From NCBI GenBank assembly GCA_036785375.1, contig JAWMAR010000353.1:2418001-2482000 (forward strand): a stretch of DNA of 64,000 nucleotides, in the 5' to 3' direction. This document shows, one piece after another, positions 37,783 through 49,895 of this stretch; position 1 is the first letter of the stretch; the number at the start of each line of letters is the position of its first letter. The position numbers and the translations under genes are program-made. Below the pieces are notes generated by a model, which was not told where the DNA came from, made no database searches, and worked only from the letters and a program-made list of their open reading frames with translations. Source of the stretch: Leucoraja ocellata (taxonomy: Eukaryota).

Positions 37783-40700
37783 AAACTAATGTGGCAGGGG
37801 GATGGGTACAAGAGCAGAGAGGCAGGGGGGTGTAAAATGAGGGTAGAAGAAAGAGGTAGCAAGGTGCAAAGTAAAAGTGGCTGGCAGACAAAACCAGGGC
37901 AAAAATCAAAAAGGGCCACTTCTCAACATAATTGTATAAGGGGTAAGAGAGTTGTAAGCCTGAAGGCTTTGTGTCTCAATGCAAGGAGTATTCGTAATAA
38001 GGTGAATGAGTTGAACGTGCAGATAGCCATTAATGATTATGATATAGTTCGGATCACGGAGACATGGCTCCAGGGTGACCAAGGCTGGGAGCTGAACATC
38101 CAGGGATATTCAATATTCAGGAGGGATAGAGAGAAAGGAAAAGGAGATGGGGTAGCATTGCTGGTTAGAGAGGAGATTAACGCAATGGAAAGAAAGGACA
38201 TTAGTTTGGAGGATGTGGAATCGGTATGGGTAGAGCTGCGAAACACTCAGGGGCAGAAAACGCTGGTGGGTGTTGTGTACAGGCCACCTAACAGTAGTAG
38301 TGAAGTTGGAGATGGTATCAAACAGGAAATTAGAAATGCGTGCGACAAAGGCAAAACAGTTATAATGGGTGACTTCAATCTACATATAGATTGGGTGAAT
38401 CAAATTGACAGGGGTGCTGAGGAAGAGGATTTTTTGAAATGTATGCGGGATAGTTATCTAAATCAACATGTAGAGGAACCAACGCGAGAGCTGGCTATTT
38501 TAGACATAGTATTGAGTAATGAGGAAGGGTTAGTTAGCAATCTTGTTGTACGTGCCCCCTTGGGCAAGAGTGACCATAATATGGTTGAGTTCATCATTAG
38601 GATGGAGAGTAACATTGTTAATTCAGAAACAATGGTTTTGAACTTAAAGAAAGGTAACTTTGAGGGTATGAGACGTGAATTGGCCAAGATTGACTGGCAA
38701 TTAATTCTAAAAGGGTTGACGGTGGATATGCAATGGAAGACATTTAAATACTGCATGGATGAACTACAAAAATTGTTCATCCCAGTTTGGCAAACGAATA
38801 AATCAGGGAAGGTAGTGCATCCGTAGATAACAAGGGAAATCAGGGATAGTATCAAAGCGAAGGATGATGCGTACAAATTAGCCAGAAAAAGCAGCATATC
38901 GGAGGACTGGGAGAAATTCAAAGACCAGCAGAGGAGGACAAAGGGCTTAATTAGGAAAGGGAAAATAGATTATGAAAGAAAACTGGCAAGGAACATAAAA
39001 ACTGACTGCAAAAGCTTTTATAGATATGCGCAGAGAAAAAGATTAGATGTAGGTCCCTTGCAGTCAGAAACAGGTGAATTGATCATGGGGAAAAGGACAT
39101 GGCAGGCCAATTGAAAACTACTTTGGTTCTTTCTTCACGATGGAAGACATAAATAATCTGCCGGAAATAGCAGGGGACCGGGGGCCAAATGAGATGGAGG
39201 AACTCCAGGTTAGTCGGGAAGTGGTGTTGGGTAAATTGAATGGATTAAAGGCCAATAAATCCCCAGGGCCAGATAGGCTGCATCCCAGAGTGCTTAAGGA
39301 AGTAGCCCCAGAAATAGTGGATGCGTTAGTGATAATTTTTCAAAATTCTTTAGATGATGGAGCAGCTCCTGAGGATTGGAGGGTAGCTAATGTAACCCCA
39401 CTTTTTAAAAAGGGAGGGAGAGAGAAAACAGGGAATTACAGACCAGATAGTCTAACATCGGTAGTGGGGAAACTGCTAGTCAGTTAATAAAGATAGGATA
39501 GCAACACATTTGCAAAGTGGTGAAATCATTGGACAAAGTCAGCATGGATTTATGAAAGGTAAATCATGTCTGACGAGTCTTATAGAAGTTTTTGAGGATG
39601 TAACTAGTAGAGTGGACAAGGGAGAACCAGTGGATGTGTTATATCTGGACTTTCAGAAGGCTTTCGACAAGGTCCGACATAAGAGATTAGTATACAAACT
39701 TAAAGCACACGGCATTCAGGGTTCAGTATTGATGTGGATAGAGAACTGGCTAGCAGACAGGAAGCAAAGAGTAGGAGTAAACGGGTCCTTTTCAGAATGG
39801 CAGGCAGTGACTAGTGGGGTACCACAAGGCTCAGTGCTGGGACTCCAGCTATTTACAATATATATTAATGATTAGGACGAGGGAATTGAATGCAACATCT
39901 CCAAGTTTGCGGATGACACGAAGCTGGGGAGCAGTGTTAGCTGTGAGCAGGAGGCTAGGAGGCTGCTCGGTTACTTGGATAGGTTGAGTGAGTGGGCAAA
40001 TGCAGGGCAGATGCAGTATAATGTGGATAAATGTGAGGTTATCCACTTTGGTGGCAAAAACAGGAAAGCAGACTATTATCTGAATGGTGGCCGATTAGGA
40101 AAAGGGGGAATGCAACGAGACTTGGGTGTCATGGTACATCAGTCATTGAAAGTAGTACTTTCCTGAAGCAGAAAGTCCAGCATCTGCACTTCCTTCTTGA
40201 ACACATTGAAAGTAGGCATGCATGTGCAGCAGACAGTGAAGAAAGCAAATGGCATGTTAGCATTCATAGCAAAAGGATTTGAGTATAGGAGTAGGGAGGT
40301 TCTACTGCAGTTGTACAGGGCCTTGGTGAGACCACACCCGGAGTATTGTGTACAGTTTTGGTCTCCTAATCTAAGGCATAGAGGGAGTACAGAGAACGTT
40401 CACCAGACTGATTCCTCGGATGGCAGGACTTAAATATGCTGAAAGACTGGATAGACTCAGCTTGTACTCGCTTAGAAGATTGAGGGGGGATCTTATAGAA
40501 ACTTACAAAATTCTTAAGGGGTTGGACAGGCTAGATGCAAGAAGATTGTTCCCGATGTTGGGGAAGTCCAGAACAAGGGGTCACAGTTTAAGGATAAGGG
40601 GGAAGTTTTTTAGGTCCGAGATGACAAAAAAGATTTTCACACAGAGAGTGGTGAATCTGTGGAATTCTCTGCCACAGAAACTAGTTGAGGCCAGTTAATT

Positions 40701-40876
40701 GGCTATATTTAAGAGGGAGTTAGATGTGGCCCTTGTGGCTGGAGGGATCAGGGGATATAGAGAGAAGGCAGGTACAGGATACCGAGTTGGATGATCAGCC
40801 GTGATCATATTGAATGGCGGTGCAGGCTCGAAGGGCTGAATGGCCTACTCCTGCACCTATTTTCTATGTTTCTATG
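37783..40876 (+). mobile_element. Near full-length CR1 ORF2 (APE endonuclease and RT), with stops and frameshifts
   Basis: LNARSIRNK, ITETWL, GDFN, SDHN and RT motifs; TTTCTATG tail at 40861. Confidence 0.96.
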
Positions 40877-41606
40877 ATTCCTATTAAATCGTTTCCCCTT
40901 CACCTTAAAACTGTCCTCTGTTCCTCGATTCACCTACTCGGGGCATTGAAATTGATATATCTAATGCATTTTAGATTTCTCAAAAGTGTTACTTTAAAAA
41001 AAGTAACGTTTCTACAAACATATACCCCTTTATTAATGTCATGGTTTGATGATTCTCAATTCAAATCAAAATGAAATATACGTCAAAATGAGAATGCATA
41101 CTTTCAAAATACTCAGATTCCGTGCAACACATAATTTGTATAACTTTGCAAAGTCAGGAAATGTTATGATTATTTCTTCTCCCTTTTTACAACTACAAAC
41201 AAAAAAAAAGCACTTGAAATTATAACACAATTAAAAGTCAAATTGTCTGTACCGTGGAAGGCACTGGCGTCGATCTGGGGGAGCGGAGGGGGGGGGGGGG
41301 GATATATCCCCCACACTTTTTGAGGTGGGGAATGGCCTGTATTATTATTACCCAGTTTTTGGAGGTCGAGCAATAACAAAAATAATAATCACCTCCTCCT
41401 ATCTCTTGAGGGCTCTGCATTTTCTTAAATATACTTCAAACAAAAACCATTGAAATCATACTTCACAATGCACTAAAACATGATTTTAATACATCAAATT
41501 TCAAAAAGTCCCAACCGTGGGATGGGGGGCTCCCTCGTCCTACAACCTCCCCCCCAATGCTTCAAAATCAAGTGGTCGAGTTTTATTGCCATATATTCTC
41601 AAGAAT

Positions 41607-41900
41607 AGAAATATAGGAAATAGGTGCAGGAATAGGCCTTACGCCCTATCGAGCCAGCACTGCCATTCAATATGATCATGGCTATTCATCTAAAATCAGT
41701 ACCCCTTTCCTGTTTTTTCCCCATATCCCCTGCTTTTGCTAGCTGCAACAGCTAAATGTAACTCTCTCTGGAAAACATCCAGTGAATTGGCCTCCACTGC
41801 CTTCTGTGGCAGAGAATTCCACAGATTCACAACTCTCTGGGTGAAGAAAGTTTGTCCTCATCTCTGAACTCCCCCAACACCGGGAACACTTTTCCTGCAG
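41607..41900 (-). mobile_element. CR1 3' end fragment
   Basis: 3' UTR similar to the other CR1 copies. Confidence 0.8.
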
Positions 41901-42000
41901 ATAGTGTGAAAATCCTGCAGACAAGCAGGATGCCTTCTCCATCCATCCCCATTTGAAGTCCACTATATTCCACCGCTTCTATCCAGTGTTTGGTACCTAC

Positions 42001-42147
42001 TTCCAGCAGCCACTGGTTGTCCTCCAGGATGAACCGAGCCGCAGCCTGTTCTATGCCGGTCACCAGGGTGAATTGGGCGCAGAGACTGTCACGGCAGCGG
42101 CACAATGCCTCAGACGGCCCGGGACTCTTGCACTGAGACTGCTCCAT
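42001..42147 (-). pseudogene. TDP2: TDP2 exon-1-like segment (N-terminal UBA-like domain); no downstream exons seen
   Basis: RDSLCAQFTLVTGIEQAAARFILEDNQWLLE followed by a GTAGGT donor, resembling TDP2 LCVEFASVASCDAAVAQCFLAENDWEME. Confidence 0.7.
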
Positions 42148-42536
42148 GGCCGGAGCTGCAGCGAGCGACTCGCCAGCCCGGCAAACACTCGCCAGCCCCG
42201 GCTCCCCGTCCGCATCTGCCCCCCTCCGCTGCTTCTGCTTCCATCCATCCCTCCCTCATCCTCGGCTCTCCAACACCCACGACCAGGTTGTTCAGAGCAC
42301 AGCAGCTGCAGCCCCCGGTTCCGCGGCCCGTGTCCATTTCTCTGGACTCCATCTGCCATGATTCTCAGTCTGAAAATGGATCTCGACCCGAATCATCACT
42401 CTGTAGCGGGACCTATTGGTTAAACTGTGTATTAGAGAAATTAGTGTCTGAAGAAGGGTTTCGGCCTGAAACGTTGCCTTTTTCCTTCGCTCCATAGATG
42501 CTGCTGCACCCGCTGAGTTTCTCCAGCACTTTTGTA

Positions 42537-42558
42537 CAAAGATCCTCTAGGATCTTTG
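42537..42558. mobile_element. 22-bp TIR-tip hairpin with 8-bp TSD inside a Penelope tail
   Basis: CAAAGATCCT-CT-AGGATCTTTG flanked by CTTTTGTA/CTTTTGTT. Confidence 0.8.
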
Positions 42559-42603
42559 CTTTTGTTTACCTGTGTATTAGAAAACCCTCGTCAGAGGCCG
42601 GGT

Positions 42604-42617
42604 CTGTCACGTGACAG
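42604..42617. promoter_or_regulatory. Palindromic E-box CTGTCACGTGACAG upstream of the TDP2-like exon
   Basis: 14-bp perfect palindrome with a GTCACGTGAC (USF/MiT-type) core in CpG-rich DNA. Confidence 0.4.
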
Positions 42618-42869
42618 GGTTGGCGCGCGGGCTTTTGGCAGTTGGTGTTTGACGGTTGGCAGTTGACGGTTGGTGATTGACAGTTGACGGTTGGTGTTTG
42701 AAGGTTGACAGTTGGTCCTCTACGCGTTAACAAGAGCTCAGAAACGGTTTTCCCTCGACCAGATACCCGTGCAGTTTAAATGTTGTTTTTACAATAAAAC
42801 TATTTGACTCTACCCGTGTGGTATCGCTACAACCTATTCCTTCTCTCCAACACATGCTGCCTGTCCCGC

Positions 42870-43395
42870 TACATTGGTCACCCCGTCGGCCCTAACGTTT
42901 TCGGACCCGCTGTTATGGACGCAGCCGGTGACCTCGACGCCAACCCGGCCCAGCTAAACGTCAAGGCCTCAAGCATGGTTCCTGCAAATCCAGCCCAGTT
43001 GCAGGTCGGACACAGTTACATTGCCGCCGGTTTAACCAGGTATTTCTACATGGATCAAGGAACCTCTCCTTACCTCTAACAAGCGCCGGCCGAAGGCAAG
43101 TACGAGGGCCTCCAGGATCCTGCACATGGACGGCCTCGGTGTGAACTGATGAACGAAATGTTGTCGCTGATGGACGGTGACCGGCCTCGTCTTGTCTTTG
43201 ACCAGGCGTTCGGCAGCGACCCCCTTCACCGGCCCCCCTGCAAGTCGCCGAGGGAGAGGACGAGCTGTGACAAGACAAGCAGCAACATAGCGACGCTTCC
43301 ATCAGCCGGGTATCTGCGGCTCCACCATTCATTCCACCGACAACACAACGATGCAACCGGCAGCAGCGGATACCGGTAAGTGTCTGACAGTCTTG
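42870..43395 (+). mobile_element. Gypsy-type LTR retrotransposon, PBS plus degenerate gag fragment
   Basis: CA-TTGGTCACCCCG PBS-like site; PQAWF, LTRYFY, LHMDGLG, MNEMLSL motifs. Confidence 0.65.
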
Positions 43396-43426
43396 GTCCT
43401 CATTCCTACCAAAGATTAGGAATGTT

Positions 43427-43625
43427 CACCCTGAGGGAGTTTCCGCGACCGCTGGGCACCGAGTGGGGGTTGAATGTATCCTGGACAAGGATTGTAATAT
43501 ACTTGTTTAGTAGCTGCTTAGCATATTTGTTTGTCTTGTATTATGGTGGTGTTTTGTTTTACTGTATTGGAAATACTATTTTCATATTTGAATAAATATT
43601 TTTGATTAAAAAATATATTAAAAAA
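43427..43625 (+). mobile_element. Tx1/L1-like 3' end with a 12-bp TSD (ATTAGGAATGTT)
   Basis: TSD at 43415-43426 and 43626-43637; AATAAA and A-rich tail. Confidence 0.8.
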
Positions 43626-44640
43626 ATTAGGAATGTTACAACATTTTAAGATTTAAACAAACCAAGCCTGTCATTTATTCCATCATATAAAGTTGAAAAA
43701 GGACTTTAATTTGACACCTAATTCACTTTCATATTTTAAGTATTAAAACAGTTATGGCCATTTGCATACTGGGAAATTAGCATCTTGTCCCCTATTGCTT
43801 TTCCATTCACTTAACACAAAAGCTGTGATCGAGGACAGTCAAAAGCCCATAACTTTATTAAAAATTAACAGAACTGTGAAATGTTCAGTTATTATAGATT
43901 GAAGCATTCTGGAAACAAGCATCCTTACTTGGATGGCCTGAAATTAAAGTATATAATTAGTTAATTACCTAATTAAGTAGCATGATTCGGGAGGGGCTGC
44001 TCGTTTTGTGCGGTTTTTCACTTGCACGCGTTAGTTCAGTGCTGACCACCGCTGTGGGCAGATGTGTCTGGAGAACCTGTATACTGGATATCAAACTTTT
44101 GTATAAAGATCTGTTGAAAACTCCAGTAGTCGTTTCTCAGACCACTAAAAGCTAATTACAAAATTACCCGTTGTGACGGAAATAGTAATAAACGCCCAGA
44201 CTGTCTTGAAAATTGAAAAATGTAATATTCTCAAGATCAGAACTTTAATATTATTGTAACATTAACACGAATAGTAAATACCCAACAAAAAATTCATATT
44301 CATCAGTCATCAAATCAATTAAATTCATCTAAATTAAATTACTAGATCTAAACATCTATCCCATTCTTAAGAAAAGGCTACAAATAATTTTTAAATAGCC
44401 AAAGTGTCCAAACAACAAACTAATCCCATTCACACAGGAATTCACAATATAAACTGATTTTTAAATCTCACTTTGTCATGAATTTCTATGCCAAATGTAA
44501 GGAATTGAATGTTTAATTACCATAAATTTTACTCTTTCTCACTGCAGCGGGCAGGGGCCGTTTTATACAGACATTTGTTCAAAATCCAGAAACATCCACT
44601 CTCGAGATAATCAAAATAATTATTTTTTGCACATGTCGGA
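43626..44640. repeat. Unclassified AT-rich interspersed-repeat-like segment
   Basis: Non-coding, AT-rich, hosts other insertions; family not determined. Confidence 0.35.
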
Positions 44641-44684
44641 GGATTATTTGTTGTATGTGACGGATGGTAGGGTGGAAGGTGAGG

Positions 44685-45485
44685 ACAAATAATCCTCCAA
44701 CATTTTCGCCACCACCAACAGGATCCCACCACTGGCCACATCTTCCCATCTCCTCCCCTGTCTGCTTTTCGCAAAGACCGCTCCCTCCCGAACTCCCTGG
44801 TCAATTCGTCCCTTCCCACCCGAACCACAGCCTCTCCTGGCACTTTCCCTTGCAACTGCAAGAAATGCTACACTTATCACTTTACCTCTCCCCTTCACTC
44901 CATTCAAGGACCCAAGCAGTCTTTCCAGGTTGGACAGAGGTTCACCTGCACCTCCTCCAACCTCATCTGTTGCACCCTCTGCTATAGATGTCAGCTGCTC
45001 TACATCGGTGAGACCAACTGTAGGCTTGGCGATCGCTTTGCCCAATACCTCCGCTCGGTTCGCAATAACGAAACCTGATGTCCTGGTGGCTCAGCACTTC
45101 AACTCCCCCTCCCATTCCCAATCCCTGACCTTAGTGTCCTGGGCCTCCTCCATGGCCAGAGTGAGGCCCGCCATAAATTGGAGGAGCAGCACCTCATATT
45201 TCGCTTGGGCAGTTTACACCCCAGCGGTATGAACATTGACTTCTCCAATTTCAGGTAGTCCCTGCTTTCTCCTCCTCTTCCCAGCTCTCCCTCAGCCCAC
45301 TGTCCCCGCCTCTTCCTTTCTTCTTCCCCCCCCCCTCCCCACCCTCACATCAATCTGCGGAAGGGTCTCGACCCGAAACGTTGCCTGTTTCCTTAGCTCC
45401 ATAGATGCTGCTGCCTCACCCGCTAAGTTTCTCCAGCATTTTTGTCTACCTTTGATTTTCCAGCATCTGCAGTTCCTTCTTAAAC
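44685..45485 (+). mobile_element. Penelope-like element 3' fragment (GIY-YIG)
   Basis: Highly similar to 14130-14802. Confidence 0.88.
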
Positions 45486-45775
45486 GTGTGGTTTAAATGT
45501 TGTTTTTACAATAACTATTTTACTCTACCCATTTGAACTCGCTACAACCCATTCCTTCTCTCTACACATGCTGCCTGTCCCGCTGAGTTACTCCAGCATT
45601 TTGTGTCTACATTCGGTGTAAACCTATATCCGCAGTTCCTTCCTGCACACAACCTCGCCGTTGCCATTCCGTTCCAGACATTGTCAATCCTTGAACTTCC
45701 CAGTAAAATGCTAGTGTGAGGTGCTGCTTACTGACATTCCCGGTGTAAACCTTGATGTAAACCACAGGGACTCAC

Positions 45776-47880
45776 CTACAACCTGCAGCTGCAGCGCCTC
45801 CTGCTGACGCTACGTGGGGGTGCTGATGGAACGCGTGTCAAGTCAAGTCAACTCAAGTCAAGTCAAGTTTATTTGTCACATACACATACGAGATGTGCAG
45901 TGAAATGAAAGTGGCAATGCTCGCGGACAAAAGACAAACAACCAAACAAACTATAAACACAATCATAACACACATATTCTTTTACATAATAAATAATGGA
46001 AGGTAAAACGTTCAGTAGAGTTAGTCCCTGGTGAGATAGGCGTTTTCAGTCCGAATGGCCTCTGGGAAAAAACTCCTTCTCAACCTCTCCGTTCTCACCG
46101 CATGGCAACGGAGGCGTTTGCCTGACCGTAGCAGCTGGAACAGTCCGTTGCAGGGGTGGAAGGGGTCTCTCATGATATTGTTGGCTCTGGAATTGCACCT
46201 CCTAATGTATAGTTCCTGCAGGGGGGCAAGTGAAGTTCCCATAGTGCGTTCGGCCGAACGCACTACTCTCTGCAGAGCCTTCTTGTCCTTGGCAGAGCAA
46301 TTCCCAAACCAGATGGTAATGTTCCCGGACAAGATGCTTTCCACAGCCACTGAGTAGAAGCACTGGAGGATCCTCGGAGACACTCTGAATTTCCTCAATT
46401 GCCTGAGGTGGTAAAGGCGCTGCCTTGCCTTACTCACGAGTGCTGAGGCGTGTGATGCTTCTATTATTTATTATGTAAAATAATATGTGTGTTATGGTTG
46501 TGTTTATAATTTGTTTGGTTGTTTTGTTGTTCCGCGAGCATTGCCACTTTCATTTCACTGCACATCTCGTTTGTGTATGTGACAAATAAACTTGACTTGA
46601 CTTGACTTGACTTGATGCGCATGTCATATCCTCAGAGATGTGGACTCCCAGATATTTAAAAAGTTCACCTTATCCACAGGATCCCCATTTATCCTCAATG
46701 GAGTGTACGTCCTCGGATGATGTGCCCTCCTAAATTCCATGATCAGCTCCTTCGTTTTTTTGATGTTCAAGAGGAGGCTGCTATCCTGGCACCAGAGTGC
46801 TAGATCAGCCACCTCCTCCCGGTCGTCGTTGTCTGAGATCAGGCCCACCACCATAGTGTCATCAGCAAACTTAATTATTGAGTTGGAGCTGAACCTAGCC
46901 ACACAGTCGTGTGTACAGGGAGTACAATAGGGGGCTGAGGACGCAACCCTGGGGCGATCCTGTGCTCAGGGTGAGGGACTTCGATGTATTCCCTCCCATC
47001 TTGACTACCTGGGGCCTGGCGGTGAGAAAGTCCAGGACCCAGGCACACAGGGAGGTGCTGAGCCCCAATTCCATTAGCTTCCCGGCCAGTCTGGTGGGGA
47101 CTATCGTGTTGAATGCTGAACTGTAGTCTATGAACAGCATCCTCACGTAGCCCCCCCCTTCTGGCTGTCCAGATGGGAGAGAGCGGTGTGCAAGACCTGG
47201 GAGACCGCATCGTCCGTGGATCTGTACATTCCAGCATCTGATACTTTGACCCTCTTCAGTTTAAGCGAGGCATTTCCATGGGGAAACTCTTCCCGAAAGT
47301 GTTCCATCCTCCCTCGATAAGCCTCGTCCTGCACCTCAGCTCCGTCCTGGCCGCTGGTGTATAAATGTACCAGTGATCCCGGGCTCGATGTAAACTATCG
47401 GACCTCCAGAGCGTCCAGTGATGTATCCGGTACCTTCTGACATTCCAATAGGGCATCTTCACCCACCATGGCCACCACCGGATGGTCCGGCACAATCACA
47501 GAGAACTCCTCTGGAACTTCAGCTTTTTACGTTGGCGCCTTGTGTAACTTTTCGAGGGTAGAGTGGTAGTTAAGCAAAAGCAGGTACATTTCCATTTTAC
47601 AGTTGCCAATTCTTCCAAAAATCATATTAGAATAAAGTCACAATCTCTGTCGCTCGAATGCTCCAAATGGGGGATTTGAACCCACGACCATCTGACCCAG
47701 GACTTTGTTAACAGCGACTCTACTGACAATCGGAACTCATCCCATACATCGACTGAGGCAGTGAAGTAGCACAATATTCACGGGAAGGTGTATGTGATGG
47801 TCGCGTAGATGGTGCCATTACGTACCCATGGTCTCCGCATGAACAAGCAACAGCACAAAGATGCAGCCTGCTCCCTTCAT
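45776..47880 (-). pseudogene. Butyrophilin-like pseudogene: leader exon (47826-47880 coding) and an IgV exon split into 47222-47510 and 45776-45838
   Basis: MKGAGCIFVLLLVHAETM|GT; [54 protein letters not shown]; remainder TRSISTPT*RQQEALQLQVV|GTGAGT. Confidence 0.9.
45838..47224 (-). mobile_element. Rex1/Babar LINE, 5'-truncated, with (CTTGA)n tail
   Basis: [48 protein letters not shown]. Confidence 0.93.
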
Positions 47881-48049
47881 CGTTGAAAGAATTCGTTCCT
47901 TGGTTTCACCTGGAAACTGAACATCGAGATAATGTTTAAATGGGTAGCACTACCGCACTGAAATTAAGTCCATGAACTAACTCTATGCATTCTATGTTTA
48001 ATATATTTTTATTAGAAGCATGTATACAAATAGCTGTAAGCGACAATAT

Positions 48050-49146
48050 AATAGTAAGATTAAACGAGAACTTACCAGTTTGAAGTTTGATCTGTATTTT
48101 ATGAGGAGTTACGATGAGGGATTACGTGAAGAACCCGCCTCAGGACGCATGTGCGGCATACTTCAAAGCAGCGGTGTGGAATCACAGATAGACACAAGTA
48201 TTTGAAGTAACATAGTAAAGAAAATAGAGACATCAATTTATCAGTTTGATCCATATAATGAGGGTGGGAGCGGAGGGCACGTAATCCCTCATCGTAACTC
48301 CTCATAAAATACAGATCAAACTTCAAACTGGTAAGTTCTCGTTTAATCTTACTATTTTACTTCGGAGTCACGTGAGTGACTACGTGAAGATTTCAAAGCT
48401 CTGTGATTTCAAACCGTGTAACAGCTATTACTACACCACTGCCGAAGTCTTTGAGGGAGGAAGTGTGTTATCGTAATCAGCCAATGAATCTGTTTATAGA
48501 AAAACACAATGGTATTTTTACAATAACAATGAAGAAATTTAAATGCTCCCCTGGACTAATTTAAATATTTGCAGATTGGAATCTTTCCTGCAAATAAAAA
48601 ACAAGTTTTGTCAACAGTTTATAATAAATTCTTTCTCTGAACGTTTTACCCCCACCATTCTGCTGTAGCCAGGATGTGGTTTATAGGCACGTCCATTCTT
48701 TTGCTGTTGACGTGGAAGCTTGTCCTGTGGAATGAAAAACTTTGTACATCTACTCGAGGGGCGAGCGAGGACTGAGGGGAACCTCCAACGAGTGCAAGCT
48801 CCGTCTTCCCATTGTCGCCCCTGTGGAGTGGTACCGGCACCGGCACAGCTCCCAGTCCATGGTCCACCGTGTGTGCGGTCCTGGTGGCGTCTTTCCCCCC
48901 CCCCCTCCCGCGAACGGAACACTCCTTCCCCGGAGTCCAAGGGGGCCGCTTGCATGCCCTGCGGGGAACAAGCAGACGCGAGGGGCTGTTAAAATAAAGG
49001 TAAGTACTTACCTAAAGCTTAGTTTTTCTGGTTGTTGCGGGAGCCCTGTCTCCCGCCTGCCGCTGTTGCCTGCTGAAACGTAATGCCGCACATGCGTCCT
49101 GAGGCGGGTTCTTCACGTAGTCATTCACGTGACTCCGAAGTAAAAT
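48050..49146 (-). mobile_element. Miniature non-autonomous DIRS1-like element with inverted termini and ICR
   Basis: Inverted repeat 48123-48159/49083-49119; ICR 48278-48390 complementary to both ends; recombinase C-terminal remnant KRMDVPINHILATAEW. Confidence 0.92.
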
Positions 49147-49450
49147 TACAGATTTCTTACATAGCTTCACTTTTAATTTGTTTTTAAAGAATAAAGATAA
49201 AGGGATAAAAAGATAAGAGAAACTATAAACTAATAGACAGAAAAAGAAAACGAAAAAGGAATTGCAATAACAAGTTGTTGAGTATAACTATTCATCCAAT
49301 CCCAAACTCATGTTTATATCCTGATTTTGTGTAAACCAATTCACTTTATTAAAAATTCAATAAATGGAGACCATATTCTAACAAATAATTCTGGTTTGTC
49401 AATTAAGAGAAATCTTATTTTTTCCAAATGCAAGGTCTCAGACTATAAAT
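49147..49450 (-). mobile_element. L1-type LINE 3' end (continues at ~48000-48050 across the DIRS insertion)
   Basis: TLHLEKIRFLLIDKPELFVRIWSPFIEF C-terminus. Confidence 0.7.
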
Positions 49451-49895
49451 TCTGTTTTATCAGGTAATATAAAATAAATTATTGGCAAAACGCCACAGGG
49501 TACAACTTCAGACAAATACAGAAGGCGTGTGTCCAACAATATGCATACGTTTGAGGCTGATCGTTTTTTACCAGAGTTTTCTCCTTAGTGTTTTATGTTT
49601 GTTTTTGCAAAATACTATCATTAAACGCTAGTGTAGTTTGCAAACTGCTCTTGAGTTTCAGAACATTCAGAACATTACACAACGTTAATGCAGGGAGTGG
49701 AGGGTGGTGGATTGTGTGACAATAATTAAGCATTGGTCTCTGCATCGTGTTTGGCACAGACATTGTGGGCCGAGGGTCACGTTCCTCTGTTGTTCTGTGT
49801 TCTATGATCTATTGTGCATTGAGCCTACGTTTACAGTTCCAGTAGAGAAACGGAGGCGAGGAGAGAGGCAGGAAGATTGCTGTGGTCAACGCCTC

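Noticed and set aside
41395-41425. RALKR on the minus strand as a possible TDP2 exon 2
   Set aside because: No in-phase acceptor and an immediate stop; likely chance
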